DNA of 63,359 bases, counting the filler, from a bacterium (GTDB taxonomy: Bacteria; UBP15; UBA6099; JAJRTR01), in assembly GCA_024278215.1 (NCBI GenBank). It is 6 parts of 6 records of this genome, joined end to end, with 100 filler letters (N's around TTAATTAATTAA, not from the genome) between each part and the next. Parts side by side here need not be neighbours in the genome. Positions count along the whole stretch, not along the records: positions 46,079 to 54,280 come from JAJRTR010000114.1; positions 54,381 to 59,891 come from JAJRTR010000115.1; 4 more parts are not named here. One strand, given 5' to 3'. The notes beneath the pieces were generated by a model. It saw only the letters and a list, made by a program, of their open reading frames with translations, searched no databases and had not been told where the DNA came from. A program made the position numbers and the translations under genes. Positions 48,422 through 58,092 of this stretch are shown in pieces (the first letter of the stretch is position 1; the number at the start of each line of letters is the position of its first letter).

Positions 48422-49381
48422 ATGAAAACAGCAGGCCCGATGAAAACAATCCCTCAGGTTTGTATTAGCGTTTTGCTATTCCTTTTTGTAGCTGTTCCGG
48501 CGGCGCACTGCCGGCCCATCGAGTCTTTCCTTTACATCAATAACGATACTCTCAACATCGGGGACCCCCTGTTTGTAAACATCGAAGTCGAGAATCGCAC
48601 ATCGGCTGATGTCCGGCTGCCTCTTAACTTTTTCACTATGAATGAAAAGGGACGAACCGGCCTTTTTTTCTCTCTTTCAGACCCCGCCGGTATCGAGCTT
48701 GCGAACAGTTGTTCTCCGGAATCGCCCCCCGACAGCGACATGCCGCTTGTCCTCGCACCAGGCGAGTTCCATGGCCGCAAGAACATAAAACTCTCGGAAT
48801 GCTTCAATATGAAACCCGCCGGTGTCTACTCACTTACTGCGATATTCACTTCTGCGGACACAGACGATCAAGTGTGGGCGGGTACCCTTAAGTCGCAAAC
48901 GCTTGCAATCACTGTGAAAGAAAGCGAAGTGCGAATAAAACAAAAACAGGCCGCGAAACTCGTCAACCAGTGGATTGAAAACTATAAACTGTCCACAGCG
49001 ATGGCATACAGGAGCAATATAGCATCGCTGGGCACACCCGCCGTCCCCGCAATAATCAAAGCACTCGACAAGAGCGACAATTACTCTATGGCCAGTGACC
49101 TCCTGGCTCTGCTTGGCGAACTCCCATGCCGCGAAGCGGGTGACGCGCTGATAGAATTCATGCGCTCGGCAGACGACAGAAAATTCAAATCAAATGTTCC
49201 CGGCGGATTCTCAGCCTCCGGAATGCTGTCGGGCGCTGCCATTCGATCTATGGAAAAACTCGCCGGCTATAACCTTATGCGCGAGAAAAAAATGTTCGTC
49301 GGCACAGATGTCGCCGTCCTGTGGAGCAACTGGTGGAAAAATAATCGACCGGCATATCCCAGGGCTGTCCCCGAAGATTGA
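48422..49381 (+). CDS. Secreted hypothetical protein (beta-sandwich plus HEAT-like repeats; start uncertain)
   Basis: Signal-like stretch; LAPGE..G.YSL.A.F; LGTPAVPAII.AL; W..WW..N. Confidence 0.65.
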   Translation: MKTAGPMKTIPQVCISVLLFLFVAVPAAHCRPIESFLYINNDTLNIGDPLFVNIEVENRTSADVRLPLNFFTMNEKGRTGLFFSLSDPAGIELANSCSPESPPDSDMPLVLAPGEFHGRKNIKLSECFNMKPAGVYSLTAIFTSADTDDQVWAGTLKSQTLAITVKESEVRIKQKQAAKLVNQWIENYKLSTAMAYRSNIASLGTPAVPAIIKALDKSDNYSMASDLLALLGELPCREAGDALIEFMRSADDRKFKSNVPGGFSASGMLSGAAIRSMEKLAGYNLMREKKMFVGTDVAVLWSNWWKNNRPAYPRAVPED

Positions 49382-49410
49382 GGTTTTTCATGGCCGCGGA
49401 AGCCTTTTAT

Positions 49411-49869
49411 TTATTTTTGACAACCCGCCTTGATGTCCTGCAGCGACTTGATGGTATTCGCTTCTTCCTTCAACTGATCCAGAGAGACTGAATCGAGAAA
49501 ACCTTCCATTCTCTCTTCAAGACGCTTCCACAACTGGTGCGTGACACAATTCTTTTCTCTCGGGCATTTCCCCTTCGCGCATTTTTCATCCAGGCAATAC
49601 ACAGGCGCAATCGGGCCTTCAACCGCACGGATTACATCACCGATGCTTATTTCTTTCGCATCCTCGGCAAGTAAATAACCACCGCCGAGCCCTTTCTTGC
49701 TCTTCACAATATTCTGTTTCTTCAGTTTGTGAAAAATCTGTTCCAGATAATGCAGGGATATATCCTCCCTTTGTGATATTGCCTGAAGTGATACATATCC
49801 CTGTTCCATGTGCAGAGTCAGATCAAGCAATGCCCGCACTGCATAGCGCCCTCGTGTTGAAAGCCTCAT
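49411..49869 (-). CDS. Rrf2 family regulator (IscR/CymR-like)
   Basis: LSTRGRYA, YLEQIF..L, S.KG.GGGY.L, Cys-rich C-terminal segment ending CVTH. Confidence 0.93.
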   Translation of the reverse strand: MRLSTRGRYAVRALLDLTLHMEQGYVSLQAISQREDISLHYLEQIFHKLKKQNIVKSKKGLGGGYLLAEDAKEISIGDVIRAVEGPIAPVYCLDEKCAKGKCPREKNCVTHQLWKRLEERMEGFLDSVSLDQLKEEANTIKSLQDIKAGCQK

Positions 49870-50048
49870 TTGCAACTCCTTTCGGCGACAAGCCTATACA
49901 ATATGGCTTATTCTTTCCATATCATAATGTTTTTTTTGAACTTTTAAAGGGATTCCCGTATTTCATTCTTTTTTAGTAGGATTTTATATTATGGTTTATG
50001 CAGAAGAATTGTGCGCTTCTTTTCAGCATGGCTCGAGATTCAGCAGGT

Positions 50049-51317
50049 TTACTTTTCCCTGTTATTTCTCTCTATCATCTCTATCACTTTTCCAACAAGC
50101 TTTTCCGCTATAGCGTGTTTGCTCATGAGCGGCGTAGCATCAATGGCTACGTGCAGTCCGTCGACATCCTTCACATATTCCCTACCTGTTTCGGAGACGT
50201 CGTTTTCTGTTTTTTTTCGTATGAACATAACCCTGTTTGTGTCGACTTCGAAGCCGCTGTCGCATGCGGCCACATCATTCAAAACAATCATATCAAGATT
50301 TTTCTTTTTGAGTTTCTTTACCGAGTTCCGTATATGGTTCTGTGTTTCGGCGGAAAACCCTATCAGTATCTGCGATTCCGGTTTATTCTTCCCCAGTGTG
50401 CCCAGTATATCCCGAGTTCGCTTGAGATTCAGCGTCAGCCCACCTTCGGCTTTCTTGAGTTTCTGTTCGCTGACATCCGCTGGTGTGTAGTCGGCTACCG
50501 CTGCGGCCTTGACAATGATGTCCTGATCCGCGCTCACGGCGGTAACTTCTCTGTACATATCTTCGGCAGATGTGATTCCGACAACTTCGGCGCCGGGCGG
50601 GGGATATAGACTTGTTGCGCCCGTAACCAGAGTAACGGCAGCGCCATATTTCAGAAACGCTTCAGCAACGGCATACCCCATCTTCCCCGACGATCTGTTT
50701 GTGATGAACCTTACGGGGTCGATGTATTCACGTGTGGCTCCGGCCGTGACCAGCACACGTTTGCCGCCGAGCGCCGATATTTCCGAGAAGTACATCATCG
50801 TCCGCTCGACAATCTCTTCCGGCTCGGCCATCCGGCCCGGACCCACAGTGCCGCAGGCAAGGTATCCTGTCCCCGGCCGCACAACAGAAGCACCTTCGGC
50901 ACGCAGTATATTCAGATTTTTCCCTACTGTGTGGTCGGTAAGCATACTGTCGTTCATTGCGGGAGCGACGACTACCGGACACTTGATAGCCACATACAAA
51001 GTGGAGAGCAGATCATCGGCAACGCCTGTCGCAAACTTTGCAATTGTGTTTGCCGTAGCAGGCGCCACCACCAGCGCATCGGCCCATTGCGAAAGTTCGA
51101 TATGCTGGTAATTGTTTTCCTGTTTTTCGAACATGCGGTCATAAACAGGAAAACCTGTTATAGCTTCCAGTGTCAGCGGGGTAACGAATTTGAGGGCGTT
51201 CTCAGTCGCAACAACCTTCACCCTGATGTTGCGCTGCTGGAAAAGCCTGATCAGGGTGGGTGCCTTGTACGCAGCGATACCTCCGGTTATTCCAAGCAGG
51301 AGGTTATGTTCTTTCAT
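50049..51317 (-). CDS. coaBC: Bifunctional phosphopantothenoylcysteine decarboxylase/ligase
   Basis: GGIAAYK, APATAN, APAMN, LACG..G.GRM, IDPVRFITNRSSGKMG, AAVADY. Confidence 0.98.
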   Translation of the reverse strand: MKEHNLLLGITGGIAAYKAPTLIRLFQQRNIRVKVVATENALKFVTPLTLEAITGFPVYDRMFEKQENNYQHIELSQWADALVVAPATANTIAKFATGVADDLLSTLYVAIKCPVVVAPAMNDSMLTDHTVGKNLNILRAEGASVVRPGTGYLACGTVGPGRMAEPEEIVERTMMYFSEISALGGKRVLVTAGATREYIDPVRFITNRSSGKMGYAVAEAFLKYGAAVTLVTGATSLYPPPGAEVVGITSAEDMYREVTAVSADQDIIVKAAAVADYTPADVSEQKLKKAEGGLTLNLKRTRDILGTLGKNKPESQILIGFSAETQNHIRNSVKKLKKKNLDMIVLNDVAACDSGFEVDTNRVMFIRKKTENDVSETGREYVKDVDGLHVAIDATPLMSKHAIAEKLVGKVIEMIERNNREK

Positions 51318-51319
51318 TA

Positions 51320-51670
51320 TTATTCCGCATCGCCGAACTCGGCTTCAAAGTCGATGTCTTCTATTTCGAAAGCATCGTCGTCTTCGAGATCGAACTCGCC
51401 TTCGAGATCGATCATTTCGTCGAACCTGAAACTTGCTTCCTGCATTACATCTTCCTCTTCAGGTTCAGACTCTCCGATTGTGTAATGTATTCTTTCAGCC
51501 GCTATCTCTTCCAAGGCGATCTGTAGCGGGTGGTGGCTTTTCGATTTTACATAGACCTCCACACCTTCGTTTATCTGTCTCGCCCTGTAGGATGAAATAT
51601 TCACAAGCAAATATTTGTTGTTTTCAATTTTGAATAACTTTTCATCTGCGACGAAGCTGGTTTCGCTCAT
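51320..51670 (-). CDS. rpoZ: RNA polymerase omega subunit with acidic tail
   Basis: NKYLLV..S.RARQI..G, P..IALEEI; lies between gmk and coaBC. Confidence 0.9.
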   Translation of the reverse strand: MSETSFVADEKLFKIENNKYLLVNISSYRARQINEGVEVYVKSKSHHPLQIALEEIAAERIHYTIGESEPEEEDVMQEASFRFDEMIDLEGEFDLEDDDAFEIEDIDFEAEFGDAE

Positions 51671-51707
51671 TTCCTCACCTCTGATTTTTCCGGGCCTATG
51701 CCAAACA

Positions 51708-52334
51708 CTAAGAAACACGGCTTCTTTCAGCCCTTATAATACATATAATCAATTCGACACATTCGTCAAGTGTTTCGTTTTTTACCACGTAGTCATATTC
51801 AGGAATACTCTCGATTTCCTCGAGCGCATTTTTCATTCTCAGCTCAACGGTTTTCTTGTGTTTCTCTCCTTTTTCGTTTGTCGGCCTGCCGGCGAGCCTG
51901 CTTCGTATCTCATCGAGTGGCGCAGTGATAAAAATCATTATTGCTTCAGGTTTTCTCTGCTTTATCTGTTTCGCCCCTTTAACGTCTATCTCGAGCACGA
52001 GGTCTTTTCGCCTCGAGAAGGCTTCTCTCAAGTTGGATGCCGGTGTGCCGTACATTTCGCCATGCACATGAGCCCATTCCAGAAATTCGTCTTTTTCGAC
52101 AAGCTCTTCGAATTGCGATCTTTCCATAAAATGGTAATTGACGCCATTCTCTTCACCGGGCCTCGGCTGCCTGGTAGTTGCCGAGATCGAAAACTCAAGC
52201 GTACCGGCTGTTACAGGATGATTCAGCAACCTGCCGACAACTGATGATTTTCCGACTCCCGAAGGGCCGGAAAGAACGATCACCAAGTTTTTTCTTTCAT
52301 CACTTTTTTCGCTATAGTCCGGGAGCGTACTCAT
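51708..52334 (-). CDS. gmk: Guanylate kinase
   Basis: GPSGVGKS, SATTR.PRPGE..GV.YHF, YGT, LEIDV.GA. Confidence 0.98.
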   Translation of the reverse strand: MSTLPDYSEKSDERKNLVIVLSGPSGVGKSSVVGRLLNHPVTAGTLEFSISATTRQPRPGEENGVNYHFMERSQFEELVEKDEFLEWAHVHGEMYGTPASNLREAFSRRKDLVLEIDVKGAKQIKQRKPEAIMIFITAPLDEIRSRLAGRPTNEKGEKHKKTVELRMKNALEEIESIPEYDYVVKNETLDECVELIICIIRAERSRVS

Positions 52335-52457
52335 TTTGATTCTCCAGCATAGAGTATTTCAGTTTCGCCGCTTTGCCGCGCCATCTCCGGAATCGACCGG
52401 CGACATCTGCCGGCCCATCTGCATCCCGAGCAAAACGTGAAACTCGGGGCCGTCACA

Positions 52458-52730
52458 TTATTCCTTGTCGCGATGTATATGCGGGCCTTCTTTTTCAGCA
52501 AACCTGTTTGCAATTGTTTCAGGCTGAAGAGCGGAAAGAACGATGTGGCCGCTGTCCATGACGACAATCGCGCGCGTCCTTCTTCCACATGTCGAAGCAA
52601 TCAGCGTACCCTTTCCTTTTGCCTCCTGCATCAATCTTTTGATAGGTGCTGATTCAGGCGAAACTATTGCGATTACTCGATCCGCGGAAATTATGTTCCC
52701 GAATCCTATATTTATAAGTCTCGTTTTCAA
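52458..52730 (-). CDS. remA: DUF370/RemA family protein
   Basis: LINIGFGN...[36 protein letters not shown] before TTG. Confidence 0.88.
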   Translation of the reverse strand: MKTRLINIGFGNIISADRVIAIVSPESAPIKRLMQEAKGKGTLIASTCGRRTRAIVVMDSGHIVLSALQPETIANRFAEKEGPHIHRDKE

Positions 52731-52812
52731 TATGACCTCCCTGACCTCTTCGTTTGCACTTTTCTTGAATTCTTCCTTAAACAACATGCTTCCAGGGTTT
52801 TCGCTCAACCAC

Positions 52813-52842
52813 TAACCCGTTATATTTCACCAATGCGGGTAA
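52813..52842 (-). repeat. Short hairpin repeat family F (CCCGCATTGGTGAAATATNCGGG), copy 1
   Basis: Related copies at 55268-55298, 56990-57018 and 59997-60025. Confidence 0.75.
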
Positions 52843-53048
52843 AAATGCTGTATTTACCTGTTCTATCGTCGGCGAACTCTTGCCTGCTTTTATAGCATTA
52901 TTCTATTATCTCGCAACAAAAATGCAATAAAAACCATGACTTTTTGTGAAAAACATAAGAATATCTTCAATATTCTACCTTCAGCTGTCTCTTTCGTTGC
53001 ATAACGGGGGAAATCACAATTCGCCACCGGTCAGAACCGTATACTATC

Positions 53049-53178
53049 GAGCCAATTGCAAAATCATGTTCGTAGCGAGGTCGAGCGAAATTGTTCAGAG
53101 CAAGGCGGAGGTATAAAATCCTCGCAGGCGTACTTGTAGAGTACGTCGAGTACGATTTTACACCGACAACGCAGCTAT
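53049..53178 (+). mobile_element. MITE family A, 3'-truncated copy
   Basis: Left TIR GAGCCAATTGCAAAAT is intact; similarity stops after GCAGCTAT. Confidence 0.88.
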
Positions 53179-53274
53179 TGACTTTATGTAAAGCAAAGAG
53201 TTGTGTAAAGTCATTGTGCATTCCTCCTTTCTACACTACATGTTGTGGTCACCCACTTGATTCCCGGATGCCCC
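53179..53274 (-). mobile_element. ISL3-like left-end remnant with a few candidate transposase codons
   Basis: 50-bp end shared with 34033-34082, followed by AGGAGG and MHNDFTQLFALHKVN, then cut by MITE A. Confidence 0.5.
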
Positions 53275-53460
53275 TTCTTTTTCTTCGCTTCTGTCGTGAT
53301 GTAGATAACATTCCTCCGGAAAAGTTGACTATTGAAGATGTGGAATATGAAACATTCACGAGATTCCTTGAATACTTGAAAACAGATCGCGGGTGCGGGA
53401 CACGAACAGTGAACAACAGGCTGGCTGCTTTTCATTCGTTTTTTCGTTACGTCCAGAAGT
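53275..53460 (+). pseudogene. Tyrosine recombinase N-terminal fragment (RIT-type)
   Basis: PPEKLTIEDV....FLEYLKTDRGC..RTVNNRLAAFHSFFRYVQ; no catalytic domain. Confidence 0.75.
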
Positions 53461-53561
53461 TGCGTTGCGGACCGCAATGTTATTTCAGCGGCTGCCGCGC
53501 ATACCAGGAATATCATAGCGAATAATAGAAAAGAAAAAATAAATTTCTTTTTTCCGGACAT
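53461..53561 (-). pseudogene. Truncated 5' end of a membrane-anchored protein gene
   Basis: MSGKKKFIFSFLLFAMIFLVCAAAAEITLR starts 7 nt after the upstream stop, then runs into the recombinase fragment. Confidence 0.45.
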
Positions 53562-53568
53562 AATTATT

Positions 53569-54280
53569 CTATTCTTTATTCGCCGGTTCGATCACAGCCT
53601 CGGCTTCGACAGGTTCGCTGTACATCTTTGTTTTGTCTTTGGCCTGGAAGCGGAAGTGATAATCACCCGGCGGGAAGAGATCGGGGATCGAGAAGTCCTG
53701 CTTGACGACACCGTCCTTGTCCGGCGGCATCGAGAGTGTCAGTCCTATCTCGTCGATGGTAATAAGAATCTGCGTCAGGTCGCCGTCCGGGTCGTCGGCG
53801 TGTATCTCGAAATGGATTTTCTCGCCGATCTTTATTTTTTCGGGCAGGTCCAGCTTTGTGATCACCGGGGCGTGTGCACCTTCGGGATACTTGATAGGCA
53901 GTACGTCGATTTCGGCGGTGAGTTCATTGCTGGTTTCGCCCCAGCGGTCGACGGCCACGGCGCGAACAAGAGATTTGCCAAGCGCGGCTTTTTCATAAAT
54001 CCTGTATCTACCTGTATAGACGCCGTCCTTTTTAACTTTGTCGCCGCCGTTTTTTCCGTCATCATAAAGCAACGCCATATCGTTGCCGCAGTCGAGCCGC
54101 ACCTTTACAAATATTATGTCTCTGTTGGGGTCCTCGGCCTTGACGCTGGACTTTATCAATTTGTTCTGCCGGGCTTCGCCGTCTACGCTCACCTCGAAGT
54201 CTGAAACCTTCGGTGGCATGTTCTTCGATTCGTCCCTTGCCCAGGGCGGGTGATATTCTTTGCGCTTCAGATACTTATTA
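53569..54280 (-). CDS. Extracellular protein with Ig-like/choice-of-anchor X-like domains (5' truncated by gap)
   Basis: LYDDGKNGGDKVKKDGVYTG, two DP(N/D)xD repeats; frame is open to the gap. Confidence 0.7.
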
Positions 54281-54380
54281 NNNNNNNNNNNNNNNNNNNN
54301 NNNNNNNNNNNNNNNNNNNNNNNNTTAATTAATTAANNNNNNNNNNNNNNNNNNNNNNNNNNNNNNNNNNNNNNNNNNNN
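54281..54380. other. Artificial contig linker
   Basis: N-run with TTAATTAATTAA. Confidence 0.98.
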
Positions 54381-54520
54381 GAAATTGTTCAGAACAAGGC
54401 GGAGGTGTAAAATCCTCGCAGGCGTACTTGCAGAGTACGTCGAGGACGATTTTGCGCCGACAACGCAGCTATGGACAATAGCAGCCGACCGCAGCAGAAT
54501 CAGAATTTTGCAATTGGCTC
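54381..54520 (+). mobile_element. MITE family A, partial copy at contig start
   Basis: Right TIR intact. Confidence 0.9.
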
Positions 54521-54692
54521 AATAGTATCCGGGACGCTTGAGCGTTCATAAACGGCGCTGCACCTGCCGGAGAGGTGCAAGCGAGTACGACAGTAAGATG
54601 CTGTTTCTGATTGATAAGTGAAGCCTCCATATTGATTTAATCACACACAAAGATTATTCTATGCGGGATAATTGAGAACCTCGGAGATCACT

Positions 54693-55145
54693 ATGGCCAG
54701 ACCAAGCTGGAACGATTATTTTATGAAAATCACCTACGATGTCGCCGAAAGATCAACCTGTATCAGGCGCAAAGTAGGCGCTGTTATTGTAAAAGATAAA
54801 AGGATACTCGCTACAGGCTACAACGGCGTTCCCACCGGGCTCGTTCACTGCGAAGAGCGCGGTTGCCTGCGCGAAGAACTCGGCATACCGTCCGGCGAAC
54901 GCGCGGAAATGTGCCGCGGGCTGCATGCTGAACAGAATGCTATCATACAGGCAGCCCAGCACGGTGTCGGCATCGACGGCTCAGTCATTTACTCTACAAC
55001 ACAACCATGCATTATATGTGCCAAGATGCTCATAAATGCCAAGATTGAGAAAGTCATCTATGACGGCGGCTACCCGGACGATCTCTCGCTGGAGATGCTT
55101 GACGAGTCCGGCATCGAACTGGTCAGGTGGAAGTCCGGAGGATAA
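54693..55145 (+). CDS. Deoxycytidylate deaminase family (ComEB-like)
   Basis: RPSW..YFM, RSTC.RR.VGA, TGYNG, HAEQNAI, PC..C. Confidence 0.93.
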   Translation: MARPSWNDYFMKITYDVAERSTCIRRKVGAVIVKDKRILATGYNGVPTGLVHCEERGCLREELGIPSGERAEMCRGLHAEQNAIIQAAQHGVGIDGSVIYSTTQPCIICAKMLINAKIEKVIYDGGYPDDLSLEMLDESGIELVRWKSGG

Positions 55146-55267
55146 AGCGATCTCCGCTCCCGGAATATGTTGTTGAACTTGTGCGTTTTGAAACCTGCGC
55201 TGTATTTTCTATGCACACGATCCGGAATAAAACCCGATACCGTTTACAGGGGATTGGGGTTTGTATC

Positions 55268-55298
55268 TTACCCCGCTATATTTCACCAATGCAGGTTA
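55268..55298 (-). repeat. Family F hairpin repeat, copy 2
   Basis: CCCCGCTATATTTCACCAATGCAGG on the + strand. Confidence 0.75.
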
Positions 55299-55438
55299 TA
55301 ACCGTGTGCGATTTGACACGTAATGCCGGTCGAAGCGGCGATCGGAGTGTCTTCTTGTGCGGCACTGGTTTTTATGATATTCTTAGTTGCTGTAGTTACC
55401 CGGCTGATGCAATTATTTTTTCCCTTGGGAGGAGCGCT

Positions 55439-56227
55439 ATGACGGAACACGAAGAAGAAATACTCAGGGCGAAAACATTTCTTAAGGCGGCAGTGCCGCT
55501 TGTGGAGGAAGCAGTCGAGGCCGACCCTGCGAAAAAGAACATGATCGCCGGCTGGAACTGCGCCGTGCAGCTAAGTGTTCTGAACGAGGAACCGGCAGCG
55601 TACATGGAGTTCAAAGACGGTTCGGTCAAAGTGATACAGGGCAGACACGCCAACCCGACGATCGAGTTGTGCTTCAAGAAACTCAAACACATGAACGATA
55701 CTTTCGCCGGCAACAAGGCACCGATGCCGAAAGTCAAGGGGATATGGCACCTGATACTGCTGCTCAAGGTGCAGGGTCTGCTGAATTCGCTTCAGATGCT
55801 TATGCCGGAATACCAGTGCAAAAGCGAAGAGGAGAAAGTCCTGAAGGTAAAAATGCTGCTCCTGATGGTAACGCGAGCCATGGAAGAAATGGTGAAGGGC
55901 GGCGACGAATATATGATCCGTATGATCAAGGCGCAGAGGAAGAAAATTGTTGAGTGGACGGTGGCGCAACGTGATGATATGCCCGCTGTCTATATAAGAA
56001 TAACCCCCGGCAAAGTCAAGGCGTTCGAGGGCCGCTCGAAAAGACGGCCATATCTTGCGATGGACTTTCGAGATGTGGACAGCGCCCTTGCGATGCTCAC
56101 GAGTCAGGTCAACCCGCTCGAAGCGCAGAAAAGCGGGATGGTAGTGCCGCGCGGCACTGCGGAATTCGGTGTTAAAGCCGGAAGCCTCATGCTTCGTGTC
56201 GGCAACTTTCTCATGCCGGAAAACTAA
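55439..56227 (+). CDS. Protein with two putative SCP2 (sterol-carrier)-like domains
   Basis: Two repeats of a Y..F..G.VK...G....P...(L/M).F pattern, the second with NPL.AQ.SG; SD GGAGG. Confidence 0.55.
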   Translation: MTEHEEEILRAKTFLKAAVPLVEEAVEADPAKKNMIAGWNCAVQLSVLNEEPAAYMEFKDGSVKVIQGRHANPTIELCFKKLKHMNDTFAGNKAPMPKVKGIWHLILLLKVQGLLNSLQMLMPEYQCKSEEEKVLKVKMLLLMVTRAMEEMVKGGDEYMIRMIKAQRKKIVEWTVAQRDDMPAVYIRITPGKVKAFEGRSKRRPYLAMDFRDVDSALAMLTSQVNPLEAQKSGMVVPRGTAEFGVKAGSLMLRVGNFLMPEN

Positions 56228-56266
56228 ATACCGCACTGAAAGGTGTCTGCTCCGGGTATCTGTCGA

Positions 56267-56992
56267 ATGGTCAGGAAAACAAACAAAAAAGCTGTCGCCT
56301 TTTTCGATGTCGACGACACCATATTAAAAGGGTCTTCCGGCATCATGCTGGCGAAATATATGTTCCTCGAACGCGGCGAAACTGCAAGGCTAGACTATAT
56401 CCTCGATATGGTCAAAGCCATTATTGATGTAAAGACAGGCAAGGTTGAATACGACATGCTTGTGGAGAAAGGGCTCGAACAGTTCAAGGGGCGAAACCTT
56501 TCGGAAGTAGAAGCGCTGTCGCGCGATCTTTTTGAAAAGGTCATGAAAAAACACATTTATCGTATGGCATATAAGATAGTGAGAAAGCACAAAAAAGCAG
56601 GAGTGAAAGTTGTGTTGCTGACAGCGAGCCTCACAGAACTTATCGACCCGCTGGGCGATTTCCTCGACGTCGATGAAGTGATTGCACTCCAGCCCATTTT
56701 CGAGAACGGCGTTCTCACGGGACATGCCAGGAAACCGTTCTGCTACCACGGCGGCAAACTGATTCTCGCCCGCGAATATGTCCAGGAACACGGAATCGAT
56801 CTCGACGACTGCTATTTTTATTCCGACAGCAGTTCCGACCTGCCGCTTATGGAAAAAGTCGGGCATCCGCGCCCCACTAATCCAGACCCCGCCCTCAAGC
56901 GCCTCGCGATCCGGCGCAACTGGCGTTTCCACAAATTTATCACTGTTCTGCCCCCCGATTTCAGACCCGAACACTGGGAGAAAAAGAGATAG
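56267..56992 (+). CDS. HAD-IB family hydrolase (SerB1-like)
   Basis: AFFDVDDT, LTAS, K, FYSDSSSDLP, NPD..L...A...W. Confidence 0.9.
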   Translation: MVRKTNKKAVAFFDVDDTILKGSSGIMLAKYMFLERGETARLDYILDMVKAIIDVKTGKVEYDMLVEKGLEQFKGRNLSEVEALSRDLFEKVMKKHIYRMAYKIVRKHKKAGVKVVLLTASLTELIDPLGDFLDVDEVIALQPIFENGVLTGHARKPFCYHGGKLILAREYVQEHGIDLDDCYFYSDSSSDLPLMEKVGHPRPTNPDPALKRLAIRRNWRFHKFITVLPPDFRPEHWEKKR

Positions 56993-57018
56993 CCCGCATT
57001 GGTGAAATATGCAGGATA
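56990..57018 (+). repeat. Family F hairpin repeat, copy 3 (between convergent genes)
   Basis: CCCGCATTGGTGAAATATGCAGG directly after the stop codon. Confidence 0.75.
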
Positions 57019-57104
57019 AAACCGCATGACGGATTGGAAGCCGGGGCGAACCGTCTATTATTACAATTCACGGACCCGGTATGCCCGTTATAAGACAGCG
57101 AAGT

Positions 57105-57971
57105 TCAGTCGCGTTGCGGCAGGTTGAGTATCGAGCGCGCTTCGTCGGGCGTGGCGGGTTCGCGGTCGAGCATACGGGCCATGTCGGCGATTTTAGCTAC
57201 CTGCTGCCAGCTGCCCTCCGCAAGTTCCTTGCCGCTGATATAGAGATTGTCCTCGAGTCCGACGCGCAGGTGGCCGCCCATGACGATTGCCGCCATGTTG
57301 GCCTGCCACGAGTTTGGGCCCACTCCGCAGACGCACCATGTGGCGTCCGCCGGGATCGAATTGACGAATGCCACAAGGTAATCCATTCTGAACTTGATGC
57401 CGCCTGCGACACCGAAAACGAAATTGAAGTGCATCGGTTCCTCGAAAAGGCCGGCATTCCTGCGCAGTAGAAGTATGTTGTGCACGTGGCCGATGTCGTA
57501 GACTTCGCATTCGGGTTTTACTTTGTTTTCCTTCATGACTTTCGCGAACTTTTTCACCATATCGAATTTGTTTTCGAATACAAAGTCGAACCATATATCG
57601 CCGGTTTTGTGGTCTGCAAGCGCGAAATTCATTGTGCCGCTGTTGAGCGAAGCGAGGTCTGGTTTGAATTCCGGGATGTGGTGGATGCGGAGCTTCTCAG
57701 GCACGCCCGCGCCGATGGCGGTGCTGAGATTGATGAGAATCGGGCAGCGTTCTTTGATGCCGTTTACGATTGCGCCGATTGCGTCGAGGTCGGCGGTGGG
57801 CATTCCCGTTTCGGGGTCGCGCGCGTGGATGTGAACAACGGCGGCACCCTTTTCATAGCATTTTACCGCTTCTTCGATGAATTCCTCCGCGGTGTACGGT
57901 ACGTTGGGATTCTGTTCCTTGCGTGTGGCCGCGCCCGCGAGCGCTGCTGTGATTACAACTTTATCCGGCAT
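57105..57971 (-). CDS. Beta-keto acid cleavage enzyme family (Kce/DUF849)
   Basis: IT.AL.G, HIHARD, NLST, ASLN.GTMNF, ECEVYD.G, GGHLRVGLEDN. Confidence 0.93.
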   Translation of the reverse strand: MPDKVVITAALAGAATRKEQNPNVPYTAEEFIEEAVKCYEKGAAVVHIHARDPETGMPTADLDAIGAIVNGIKERCPILINLSTAIGAGVPEKLRIHHIPEFKPDLASLNSGTMNFALADHKTGDIWFDFVFENKFDMVKKFAKVMKENKVKPECEVYDIGHVHNILLLRRNAGLFEEPMHFNFVFGVAGGIKFRMDYLVAFVNSIPADATWCVCGVGPNSWQANMAAIVMGGHLRVGLEDNLYISGKELAEGSWQQVAKIADMARMLDREPATPDEARSILNLPQRD

Positions 57972-58092
57972 TACTACACCTCCAGTGGCGTTATGTTGTT
58001 TCGCTGATTGATTACCTAATCTCATATTGCTCGTGTACTAATATTATTGTCCGACGGCTGTTTGTGTCAAGAAACCGGCACCGCGCGAAATG

